Source: Phoronis australis (taxonomy: Eukaryota > Animalia > Phoronida). Taken from it: DNA of 64,000 nt. The number at the start of each line of letters is the position of its first letter. Position 1 is the first letter of the stretch. The notes under the pieces were generated by a model. The model searched no databases. It was not told the DNA's origin and worked only from the letters and a program-made list of their open reading frames with translations. The DNA lies in NCBI GenBank assembly GCA_002633005.1, contig NMRA01000156.1, forward strand, positions 186,001 through 250,000, read 5' to 3'. The translations under genes were made by a program, and so were the position numbers. Of the stretch, positions 13,201-26,500 are shown in pieces.

Positions 13201-16200
13201 GCTGGCTTGTGTGTGCATGAGTAGACACTATAAGTGTGTTGAACTCTACGTCTTGGATTTCTAAAACTATGCCCATGCATATGCAAAACTCTTGGGTCTA
13301 TAGTGGAAAAGTCTTCTGATTGTAGGCCCATGAGTACGTTCTTATAACACTTTCTCCTTTTTTATTGAAACTGCGTTCCGTCGCAACTCCACGGCAACTT
13401 CCCTTACCTATTCCACTAACCCCTCTCTGCGAGCGACTTCGGAGGCACTACTGGATGGCGTAGTTAATTTTCATTCTCGATTGAATATATTCATGTGTTG
13501 CATGTGGCGACCTCTAGCGATTACTCGCATCTAAGTGGGGTTAAACTTTCCTGCTGCAGGGGAGTTGCGTAACTCCTCAGTATAATCCACCCGCGACCTC
13601 AGATCCTGGCCAGATAATTCGTGGACGGGTTTGTCAATATTGCATTGGCCTTCGTAAGCTTGCAAACCACCTGGACTGCAATGGTTAAGCTATATAAAGT
13701 GTTGCTTCAAGAAAATAAAATACGAATGAATCGGTTCATTGGGCCAAAATAACACCATCGAGTCTGACCACAGTGTATCCATGGAAAACAAGAAGTGTTA
13801 ACTTGTCTGTGTTACGCATCGCAAAGTTAAATCAAAATATTGGACACTTGTCTTTGTGTGACACAGGATGTTCCAGTGTAATAGTCACGTCAGCTAAACA
13901 GCGCAAACTAATTTCTGTCTTGTGCATGTAAACTGTCACAGTGACCTGAATGTTAGATAAAACCTACATGAAGCTTTGTGAGAACTTACCAGGTTTTTAA
14001 TTATTGAAATGGCATCATAAATATAACATTGATTAACTGGTTACAATTTCAAAACAACTTTACTTAACCGCGTACTGAAAATAACACCCAGCTGGTGGTG
14101 CATCAGTGACCGACACAATCATGGTTAAGTAGGACCCTAGAAAAATGTCCATATTTGACCAAATTCCCCACATCATATCTCGGAAATGGCTCATTGGATT
14201 CAAGTTAAATTTTCAGGTACTATGCTTTACATGCTGTTATCAAGAAAGCTGTAAGGAAATCGTTTTTTAAGCTGTCCACTTTGGTATGAGGGCTCCCCAA
14301 AAGGTGGACTGATGGTCTTTGTGAAAAATTGAAAAGTTGTATAAAACTGAGATGAAGTGATAACTTAAAAAACTCTTCAGCATTTTTGAGATTTCATCTT
14401 GAAATGAAATTGGGCCATGTTTGTTCTGCTATGATTGTACCTAACTATGGAACAGACAAAAAATTATTTCGAAAATAAAGAACTTTAATATTTTTGATGT
14501 CAAATTGACATCGATGAGTCCACCAGTAGTGACTGAAAAATCTTCTTCCCAGGGCAATGCTTTGACCACGAGAGTTTTCGGAGCTGGGGTCAAAGATCCT
14601 GGTGGAAACACTTGTCTGTCACATGAAATTGTGATTTTCAGTGGTCTTGCGTGATCCTGTGTTTTTAGCTAGAAACTTCATCTATGGAATGTGCCCCTCT
14701 ACCATATGAACCATGCTATAAACAAAACAATATTTTCTTTGAAGTTTTAAGTGAGAACTTTGACGGAAAATGAAATTCCATTTTTCTGCCATTCCATATC
14801 CTAAGATGGAGATTTTTTCCATGAACTGAACTACTGGTTCACCAATGTGTGGGAATTTCAAGGTTTCAAGCCAGCTGATACTGGGAGCTTCATGCAGTTT
14901 TGATTGGAAGTTTTGATAATGTTTGTGGAGTCCTAGGCATTGCTTTACCCAATGACCTCTTTGAATGAAGTCACCAACACAGCCAACACGTTACCTAATT
15001 TGTAGCTCATTAAAAGGTGTGCTGTTGGTCATTGCTATGGAAACCAGTGACCGTTTGTTGAGACCATCCAGAAGCTGCCTAGTGCCAACTTCATTTTTGT
15101 TTCTTAGATTGAGTTGTGTTTTACTGAGTGTTGATTCTAATTTTTTCCTTTTTTGTTTTAGGCTATTAGATGATGGTGTCTTGTTGAACATAATCCACTG
15201 TATTGTCTGTTGAGGTTAAGAATATTGGCATTTTCTGTGTATTATGCTTTTAATGAGATTATGCCTTTGGTTTGTTTGTCATATTATTTACAAATTAACA
15301 TTCGTTTGTTCCCCCTTGTGTTGCTATCTGTCTCTTATGTGGAAGACGTAACAAATATTTTATTTGCCAAAAAATCTATTGTAAAATTGAACATTTTTTA
15401 ACAAAAAGGACTGTGTTGTGAACATGAAAAGTGAAACAATGAAAATACCTTACACCCCGGACAGAGGAGTGTGTGTTGGTCGAGGGGTAACTTAACTCTA
15501 AACACCAATGTTATGTCGCAGCTGAGGTAGGATTTAGGCTCCCTCTCATTATTGCTACAAAATTAATGGGCATCCATACTAGGCAGGTTTAAGGTTCGTG
15601 AAATGCTAGCCGATAATGGATTTGACAAAATCAATGCTGATCGCTTGGGATAAGCATACTCTAATGTTTTCTTTGTTTTGAAATGGTTTTAATAAGGTTG
15701 GGCCACTGGTTCATTGTTGAGGATAGTTTGCACAGATTCTGGACCCCTCTTTTGTCTCAGTTATGATGACGTTGACTTTTCTAGGAGTAATGAAATATTT
15801 TATTGCTTTAATGCAAATCCATTTTGTAATCATACATTGTGTCCTAGAATCAATATTTTCACCCATGAGCACCAGGAAATGGTTTTATTAGTGTTTTTTT
15901 CTATCCCCGAATGCAAAGTTTGCTTTGCAGAAGTTAGGACTTGAGCCAAAGTCGGCTCATACTGCAGAGACTTTTCGAGCTTTGGCACCGCATGCAAAAT
16001 GGTAGGAATCAATTATCAGAATTGTTTCTATGGTTTCTGCAGTGGAAATTGTGGTGAATTTGAACGATGGAAGCAGAAGTTAATGAAAATTTTGTTTTGT
16101 GAACACTACGAGAATTGTGTCGTCGTTTGTCTGCTATTCTAATCTACGGTGCCATTTTTCTTAAGGGTCCTGTTACACCAAAATTCGTTCTCTGAGTACA

Positions 16201-19200
16201 TCTGATTCGATCTTAACCCAATCTTGGTGAAACATGCTGGGGATGGGCAAAATTAGGTGCCTTTGGCCGAACACTAGCCTTGAATGCGAATGTGACACCG
16301 CCCTTTAGGGGGTCTTACTCAGATTCCATGCCACTTAGTTGCTTCCCAACCAATTTTCTTCTCGATGTCGTGTTCCTATTGAGAATTGTTGTGGTGTGAC
16401 TGGTTACCCGTGTGCCTTGCAAAAGAAACTTTGTGATTCGAAGAGTATGAAATGCACCATTAGTTCGCAGTAAAACCGCTTCCTGGTATTATTATTTCTG
16501 ATTATTTTTGTGTATCTTTTTCGACTCTCTACAAGTTGTAGTGTGGGGAGACTGTATGATGAAAATCCAACGCTTGGTAATCCCTGTGCTAGTTGCAAAC
16601 TGAAATGTTGAAATGTCTTGTTAATTGTCGTTAGAATTTAACTTACGTTTATCCTTTAAACGCACCTGATAATGATTCGCAGGAACGTTCTGTTTTTTTT
16701 CTTCTTATTTTCAGTGTTGAATCGGTTTGCCTTTGTTAAAGATTAAATGAGTATTAAGGTTAAGTTCTCTCTTGTGGGTAAATTATTGCAGTGTTTCACA
16801 CTCCAGAACTTTCTTTCACTCGCATACGCTGAATTTCCAATTTGTCAATTTTTTCTTTTGTATTGAAACCCTATCATGGATACAGTCAAGTATAATACTT
16901 GCAGTCTGTCTATAACAATGTTGTACTTATGTTTCATGTGGATTTTAATAATCTCTTTCTTAAGCCTGTATGAAAGCTTTTCAGACTAATTAAGCTTTCT
17001 TATGGTTATTTCATGGCGCTTGACGTCACCGAATGCTGTTTGTTGTTGTTTTCTCGGCACTTAACACTGCGTTTTATATTACCTTATGCTAGACTGCTTC
17101 TTTTAGAAGATTGATGCTTTCATGAAAACAGTCAAGTCGTAAAATGTCGTTCTTATATAATTCCGAGCATTGCGGCATTCATATCCCTACAAGTACACCG
17201 ATATTCTACTTTTTCCACAATGGATTGAGAAGATTTTTAGTAGCATTGAACTTTTTATAGGGCGAATATTAGCTTTGTGGCACGGTATTGAAAGGATCCA
17301 AGAGATGGCACTCTGGGATTGGATTTGCCATCGTTTTATGAGGAGATATAATTGAACTGGTCCTAATTAATGCCCATGTTTTGGTTATTATCCCACGTCT
17401 GATTTTTTCAAAATTATCACTTTTAAACATCTATGCTTGTTTAAACACACACCCACTATTTTAATTGAGTTAAAACTTATTCATGATTTTTCAAAATTAT
17501 TACTTTTGTACACCTATGCTTGTTAATGGGCCAGCACACAATAAACTCATTCATGATTTTTGCAACTGTGGCAGTGAGAAGTACAAAAATTATTTAAAAT
17601 AAAAATAAAAATAAATCCTGTTTTATATTTCGTAAATTCAATCCTGTTTAAAATGAAATTCAATCCTATTTTATGAATTGAATCCTGTTGAGAGGACCCT
17701 GTTTCATGTTCTGAAGATTTAGTCTCGCAGCGTCAATTCAAAATGAACCCCATTTCGCCGATTCAGTCATGACTTGCAGATCTAGCGTAGGTTGGAAAGT
17801 CCTTCCTTTGATGATTAGTGAAATTAACCATCATGTAAAGTGAACGCTGCGGATTGTCCAGAGCAATTTGAAGTCCATTTGCAAGGGGTGGACGACATTC
17901 TTTGGCAACTACGAAAATTTTAAGCCTGATGCTAAAGGTAGTACATTGAGGATCGTATGGACGTTAGAATGCTCCAAAAGAGTGCATTAGCACTTAGCAG
18001 GCAGACTAAAGTTATTCTGATTATATAAGCCTAGTGCCAAAGGTTTAGATCATATCATGTCCTTGACCTTCCCAAGCTGCTTCATCCAATCGTCTGTGGT
18101 CTGTTTCGGTTTCGTTAATTTCAGGCCTAACAGTTGTGCAATTTTTTTTGCTTTCTACCAAGCCTTGTATAGTAGTTTGATATATACCGAATGTATGTTT
18201 TATATTCCTCAGTGGTCGTCTGTTGTTTTCATATCCTGCTTATGAATTGAGCTTGTGAATACTCCGCAGTGTGCTGATAAAATGCATCTGCCTCCTCATT
18301 ACGGATGGTCTGCTGTATAAGGACTGACCATGACTGAAATTGCATGTTCTCACAAAGGTCATAGAAATCTTTCTCACAATTATGTCTGATATGGGTGACA
18401 AATGGGATCATGACATGTCTACACAAACTTTGAATTTGTGACAAAAATACAGGAAGGGCAGGGCTGGTTTATTCTAAGTCATTCCAAAAAATCAAATCAA
18501 ACAAGCGTCCGGAATATTGTTATGTCGCTCGAACAAGAAAAAACTTTTAGCGCACAGGTTGCCTCATTTAGACTTTTGATTACAGACTTATGACAACAGA
18601 GTTATGGCTACATAATTATGACAACAGAATTCTGACAATAATTATGACAATAGATTTATGACAACAGAATTATGAGAAAAGAATTATGACAACAGAATTA
18701 TGACTACAGAATTACGACAACAGAATTATGAACAATAGATACATGACAACAGAACTATGACAACAGAATTATGACAACAGAATGATGACAACAGAATTAT
18801 GACAACAGAATGATGACAACAGAATTATGACAACAGAATTACGACAACAGAATTATGACAACAGAATTACGACTACAGAAATATGACATTAGGTATATGA
18901 TAACAGAATTATGACAACAGAATTATGCTGATATATGACAACAGAATTATGACAACAGAGTTATGACAATAATTATGACAATAGAATTATGACAACAGAA
19001 TTATGACGCCAGAGTTATGACAACATAATTAGGACAGCAGAATTAGGACAACAAAATTATGACAGCAAACTTATGACAACATAGTTATTACAACAGAATT
19101 TTTAGTCAAGAGTGAAAGGCAGGAGTTTATGATATTGGGTTGTCTTGCTATGGTAATCAAAAATATCTCTCCGCAGAGGTGTATTCAATTGTTAAACTGT

Positions 19201-22200
19201 GTGCCTGAGGAAGGTCAGTTGTATCATTGTAGGGGTCCATGTATTGCAATTTCTGAAATAAAAATGTAATGAATATTGCTGATTTTCCACCTATGATTAT
19301 GTACAATCTTAGAAAAATGTCTAAATGTGGTTAATTTCTGAACATCACAACTCACGAATGGGTGATAGGTTTTGTATGAAACGTTCTGTGATTTTCGCTT
19401 TATGCACTGTTCTGCAGGAGTCTGATTCCTGAAAGTAACTCAAAACATAAGAGTGCCTGCATATATCAATCTGCCAAATGGTCTTAAGCTAAGAAGTTGG
19501 AACTATATCTAATGTGAAAGCAACTATGCACTCTTACATTGGGCCATAAACAACTGAGTATGCAGCTCAGATGAGACTAAACAGTTTTACTCTAGTTCAT
19601 TTGTTTGCTTTCATTTTAATTATGCGAGCAAGGCAATTAGTTCATCCGTTTGCTTTTATTTTAATTATGTGAACAAGGCAATTGCTTCAACCCTGTGACT
19701 AGACGAATATTGTGTTCAAAGGCTGAAAACGAGAGATCTTGCATTTGTAAACAAAAACACGTATTATGGGTGTAATATTTTTTGTTCAATGATGGACTGC
19801 AATTGAATTTTTGAAGCTGAAAACAATTCTGATAGCACCGTAGGTTACGTGTTGTTTTTTTTCACATTGGACTCAGACAGGGTTATCAGTGTTGAGTAGC
19901 TAGACATTTAACTAGTCAACTGTCTGGTGCGTATTGGCCAGTTAATTCATGAATGACACCTCTAACAATCCTGCAAATATCCTAACAACCTAGGTGTCTT
20001 GATGATTATCAGGGAGGTCTCTCCCGGGAGCATAGAGGCCATGAAAATCTCGGTAAATAATGTGAATGAACTATGAAAATGGATCGATTTCTTGGTGAAA
20101 AGTATGCACGGTATCTTTTGCTTTGTTGGGCATTGCAACTGCCAAAGGTTATGTTTTGATTTGCAAAGTGTTGGCCAATTTGTGCTCGGAGAGGTTTCTA
20201 CCGGTAGCTAGGCGGCATTTATAGACAACGCTCATTTACGGATTAGGTTGTGTACCCAGGGCTCCCCGTTAGCAAAGAGGACAATTAGTTTCATTTCCCC
20301 TGACGTGATTGAATTTAATACGCGCTCAATTTGGGAGTGCAGACTGAATCTGGGGACTCGTTGAATATTCGTATCAAGGTTAATTACGTAATCCAAGAAT
20401 AGCTTGTTACCTAGAGCTTAACTGACGGATGCTGTATCGTCTATAGTCAAATGTTGTTAGGATTTTGCATGCGAAGTAGGTGACATCTATGCAACACTTG
20501 AGCATGGATTGTTTGAGCTAACACCTGTTGACTAATTCTTAAAATTTTCTGTTCGCAAGCTCACTCTCGGTGTTCTTTTTATTGAAGCGAATCCCCTGAT
20601 GTTGAAGTTTCTTAGTTTAAATGCACATTGCTAAACGACAAACTTTGAATAGCTTTTGATGACAACCATTTGACTCTCGTAAAAATCATGGCGAATTGAA
20701 GGTTGGAAAATATAATTCGGTCTTGATCAAAATTACTCCAGTCTACAGATTGGTTGACAAAACTGCAAGGTAAATCAAGATTGGAATTACTATAATTCTT
20801 TTCTTGATTGACACAAAAAGTAATTATCAAAAATTTTGTTTTCTCATTTTTCATAGGCAGATTACTTTGCTACAAATAATGGAAACCACACAGTTGTTTT
20901 ACGACATCTACATAATACAAACCGTGTTTCAAAATCATTATTCTTGTGGCGAAATTTATCAAAAACACAATTTCACTTGTCAGCCATATTGCGTGCTAAG
21001 TGAAGAATAATTTTGTATGAATTAAGAATGCAACTCTTCTAATAACCTTGGCCTGGCTTGATGAGCAGTAATTTTGACATCAATAGGCCCATTCATACTA
21101 ATGTCAACGCATCGCTATTTTGGGGAGTTGCGGACAGTATGAAGGTTAACTTCAGTCCTGGATCGAAGTTAACAGCACCAGTTAGCTTCACAGTTAACTA
21201 GTGGATTTAACAGCGGAGTCTCGATGCTGCGGTGCGGTATGAACAGTCAACTTCGGTCTCATCGAAGTTATCGCTAGGGGTCACTGCTGTCGTCAACAAT
21301 TAAAGGGCTGTATCATCGCTAATAGTTGCTTATATTTTGGTCGAATAATCACCAATGGAATTATGAATAAGCTTTGTGTCAATTAGCACACGTAATTGTT
21401 TTCAAATTGTCACATTCAAAAATCTTAACATGCACGGGATACATCAGTGTTACCTTGCTATTACAACGACAGTGTCACCTACCATTTACTTCGATTCTGT
21501 TTACTACCGAAGCTGGTATGAACGATTCAATTAACTTTGCAGTTTATGTCGACGTTCTACTCATACTGGAGGTACAGTTAGTATGAAAGGGCCTAAAGGG
21601 AGATCCAATGTACACTTGAATTATCAGTTGAAAACCCAACAAACTCGTTAAGATTATTTTGTAGTACTTCGGTATATCAGTTATGCAATGCATGTATTCG
21701 TCTAAATCGTGACGCTCTATACCATCAATACCCCAGACAAAAAGCCTGTCAATTTGTTAGGAAAACTCGTAGCTTGTCCTGGTGTTATTGCCTGCATAAT
21801 AATTACAGGGGATGTTGAACTTTTGTAATCTCCTGATCTGTACAGGATGTCAGGTGTAATTGAATCTCCCTAAAAGATAAATGAGTCATCCCACAGAGGG
21901 GTATTCAAATGTCAAACTGTGTACCTGGAGAAGGTCAGTCTTGTCATTGTGGGGGTCCACGTATTGAAATTTCTTAAGTAATCATGCAATGAATATTGTT
22001 AATTTTCCACCTAAGGTTATGTACAACCTTGGACAAACATTTAAATTCTGTGGTTAATTTCTGAACATCGCAACTCACGAATGGGTGATTGGTTTTGTAT
22101 GAAACTTTCTGTGATTATGCTTCATGCACTGTTGGGTTGAATTGGACAGTTAATATTGCTTATTTCTAAAATTTTGTACAAGTGTCGACTGAGCAAAATT

Positions 22201-23514
22201 TTATTTTTCAGTGTTGCAAACTAGCGAATTTTTACTGTAGTTAGTCAAACGACACATAGATAGTTATGGGTGATTATAGCTGTCACGGGGAGTAGAAAAT
22301 TTCCTTTGATGTCTAGCCAGAATTGACACAGGTGGCTGTAGTTAGTTGTAGTGAATTTCATTCCTTAAACCAGTGGCAGTGATTATGAATCACTTCTAAA
22401 ATAATTTTTCTTTCATGTAGCAAAAGATGTATTGATCTTACTTTTATACTCTTTGGAGAGCAGACGTATTTGGATGGTCGTGTTTGCTGCCATTTTCATT
22501 TTTGCCGTATGATGGCATTCGCATATACATCTCAGTTGTCAGTTTGAGAATGCAGTAAATTGATTTCTTAACAATTTTCGACAAACACTAATAGCAAAAT
22601 TATTGTTTTTCATTTTCAGCGGGCCCTAGCATAATTGGGAATGGCTACAGTTTTTCAAAATATTGTCTGACAAGCTTGAAAGTGGATTTTTGAAACATTA
22701 TACATTATGTAACCACTTTACCCTCTTGCCTCTGTCACATTGTTTCCTGCAGGGTAAATTTTACCCTTAGTTGCTTGAAACAAATACTAACCTGAAGGCG
22801 TCTGAACTTTGGTTATAATTCATGGCCAAGCTGTACAAATTGCACAGTTATTTCGTAGTAAACTTTCATTGCCTAAATTTTTATTGGGTTGTGAATTGAA
22901 ATTGGTTTTAGTTGCTGTACTGATGAGAAAAGTAATCTAAATGCAATTATTGGAGAACGCTTGGGGTAAAATCTACAAATGCAGTATTGGTGTTGTGAAG
23001 AAATGAGAATTTAATAGTGTAACAGTGTTGTGTCTGCCATGTAGTTTCCTAATTCAGTGAGATTTCACCATGGCAGAGGAGACGAGCCGCCGTATCATTC
23101 ACGATTTGGTTGGCACGGTAACACTAGTTTGTGCATTAGGAGAATCTTGTGCAATTCTTGCGGTTTGAATTTGATAGGAAAACTCTGTCTCTTAATGATG
23201 TGCTAGACTTTTGACAACAGTTCCAAATATTTCTGTTGCATGTGGCAACGAAAACAGGCTCATCATTTTTTCTTGAAACAAAATTAATGTTGGTCTGTTA
23301 GTACGTTAGGTTATTACAGGTAGTTAACTCAAGAAATCAGTGATCTTAGGTCTTAATATAGAAATTCAACTGCCGCATATAGCCTGTAGCTGTGTTACTA
23401 CATTTTTTTGTAAATTAGTCACGTCCTATCATCTGATTAAAGCTCTGTCCACACACAGCCTACCCTATAAACAACTTGCACTAGTGTAACTTATCCCACT
23501 TTTAAATGGAGCGT

Positions 23515-23558
<44 letters not shown>

Positions 23559-26500
23559 ATCCGATAATTAGGGTTAGGTGGAAGTTGTTGCACTGTGCAT
23601 GACAATGAACAGCTGATGCGAGTATGACGTGCAGGAGAAAAGCCGGCTGTATGTAACTGCAGCTTGCCCCATGCTTGCAGCCACGCAGGAATTACTGTAC
23701 AAGTGACACAAATTACCCTGGAATAAGTTACCTCACCTGATAATGTGGAGTAAATTGTCACAAGTGGGGTAAGTTGCACTAGTTTAAACAGCCTCCACAA
23801 AGCACTCAAACCTAGCGACATTTCGTTCCAGGAGTAACTTGTTCTAGGGTAAGTCTATGTGTGGACGGCACTAAAATCGTAAATTTGTAATCACTGGAAT
23901 ATGATGGAGTGCATTGCCTAATTAATAGAACAGCCTCGTACCGTTTACCATTTACAGTACTATTGATATAAGTCTACTAGTGTCTGCTGCAGTAGTAGTT
24001 GTTGTTGTTGTATGGGCCCCAATGACAGTGTAAAAGACTTGTGTGTAATTTCTGAAAGCAAACCCATGGAAATATATTTTGAATGTACAGCCATGGACTT
24101 CTTGAACCAGAATTATAATTTTCAGTTGTTAATATGGTTATGGACAGTGTATGATGAAATATATTTTATTTTCCCATGTGCATAGTTTTTTGCTTACATT
24201 TATAGCTCGGTTACCTCCATCTCATGCCACACAGTTTGATAGCCATGTTCCGATTATACACCTCATTTTCCTCTTATACAACCTACCAATCAATTTGTAT
24301 GGGTGGACTTAATGTGAATACATCGCAGTTGCGGATAATGTTCAGCTGGTGTAGAGAATTGCTGATCGTTGGTCCGTTAGTACAAATTCAGCATTTGAAA
24401 TGCTGGTTTGAATGCTGTTCATAATACACCCAGATGCGTTCTAGCACTTTCTGGGATTAACTCTATTTCCTGTTTCCGTAGTAAATACTTAAAAGAGAGT
24501 TTTTTTTATACTTTTAAGAGATGTCAATCAAGCTTGAATGACTGCTTATTGCTTTGTGTCCTGCTTTTCAGGCCTCGGAATTAGCGAGTCAAGCGTCCAA
24601 GAAAACCAAGGAAGCAATTGTACCACTGAATGAGAAGGTGAGCATAAGGCTTTGTTTACATACACTAGTTATTGTGCTCAAGAGAGAGAGGTCGGATACT
24701 GTAGATGGTGTGTCAGAGTCTTAGACTTTTAGTCGCGTTGTTGTGCATAGATTTTGGGGTAAACGGATTCTTCTTGCTCGTTGTTTTGCATTGCAGTGAG
24801 ATTCATTTTCTTTGTTAGACTTTCTTCATGCTTTCATTCTTTTTTGTTGAGGATTTTTTCCTGAACTCTGATGTCGAAAATTGCTTCGTTCGATAATTTT
24901 TATATTGATTAAATAAATTTTTAGTTCTTTTTCTTATCTAGGTGTGTTAGTAGTCAACTCGATTCAAGTCAACCTTAGAATTTAGTGACGCTCATTCAGT
25001 TTGACGCGTTAACTTGCCGACTGTGTGTAAAGAACTCGATTACATTTGAACAAATTTGACCCCACGGTTTCAAAAATACATATGCCGACATTTTGAGCAA
25101 CTTCAATGGTACTAACTCGACTAATTACATATTAATCAATATTTATTCTGACAAGTGTCAATTTCAACCACGCACTTCAGAGGTAGCCCGAAGACTATGA
25201 TATCTTTGGTGAAGATCTCAAACTGTACAGCGACTTGAAATTAATCCTGTTTCTACATTTGAAAGGGTACTTTGCTGTTTGAAAAATCAATTTGGCGAAA
25301 TCAATTGCATGTGGGCGCTGATCAGTGGGGGGTTAATTGAAAATTCTCAAAAAAGTTGACGATGGGCACTTAGCCAAGCAGGGCTTGCTTTTGGTAGAAT
25401 CTTATCAATTCCAGACAAAAAAATGTTAAAATTGCACTTTTTCATTTTTGTAGTGTTTCTAACATTGTTTTGAATTTCCACAATTTTTTCAAATTATTTT
25501 CTGTAGGTATCTGTGATACAGAAGATTTTGTTATTCTAAATCTAATCCTTTTATTGTGAGCGTGCAGGGTAGTACGGTAAAATCTCCAATTTCCAACAAG
25601 AAATATTTGTCAAAATTTGTCTTTCTTCATTTTTCAAAAGCTTCTGTTGTTGCTGCGAATTTCCACAATTTCTCAGAAAGGTTGTGCGATGGCATCTATT
25701 GTATAGATTTTTAAATTTGATATAACATTGATTTGGTATAAAATTTTACCTTTCAGCCGCGTTGTGTTCTAAGTTTATGAGATTTTATCGTATTGTTGAT
25801 CTTCCGGTCTCCAAGTCTTTATAGACATTACCCACTCCTTAATCAAACCTGACATTTTCATACACTATCAAATTTACCAATTGATAGTTTTCAAGAGACT
25901 GCAGTTATTGAGAAATGAGACAGACCTCTTGGAAAGCCTGTGGGGAAGCAGCTGAAATTATCTTGGTTTGCTCGAAAGGTCACGGCACGCGTGAGCACTT
26001 GTGTAATTATTAGCTACGTGTACAGAATGCTGATCAGCAAAACAAAGACTGATTGACCGATTATTTTGGCACAGACGCGTGGATGAAATAACTGACCAGC
26101 AGCACAATTGTCAAAAAGAATAGAGAGCTTCATCCCAAGCCACTGACTTGTGAATGTACGATGGTTGCGTAGACAGCGCCTTTTTGGCTAGGTTTAGTTA
26201 CCGGTATTACAGTTTAGTCGATATGCTAAACGTGAAACCGAAGTTTTTTTTTTATTTTAGAGGTGTGATGGTGTATTACTTTGAAAACATGACCAAAGAT
26301 GCGTATTGAGAACGTTGGATCATTTTGGACATTTTACTTGTTTTGGAAATTATTAATTCTGGAGAAAACTTTTTTTTTTCGGAACAACATTTCGATTGTA
26401 GAGAATTTATTGTATGCAATGAATTACTTTTTTCAGATGATAGTTTGTCATTTTGTGAGTCTTTCTCTGCTGAACTCTGCCAGACATTTCCAGAACTACA

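Noticed and set aside
18588-19100. Regular repeat array as a possible CRISPR
   Set aside because: Head-to-tail 14-mers with no unique spacers, no cas genes, eukaryotic intron
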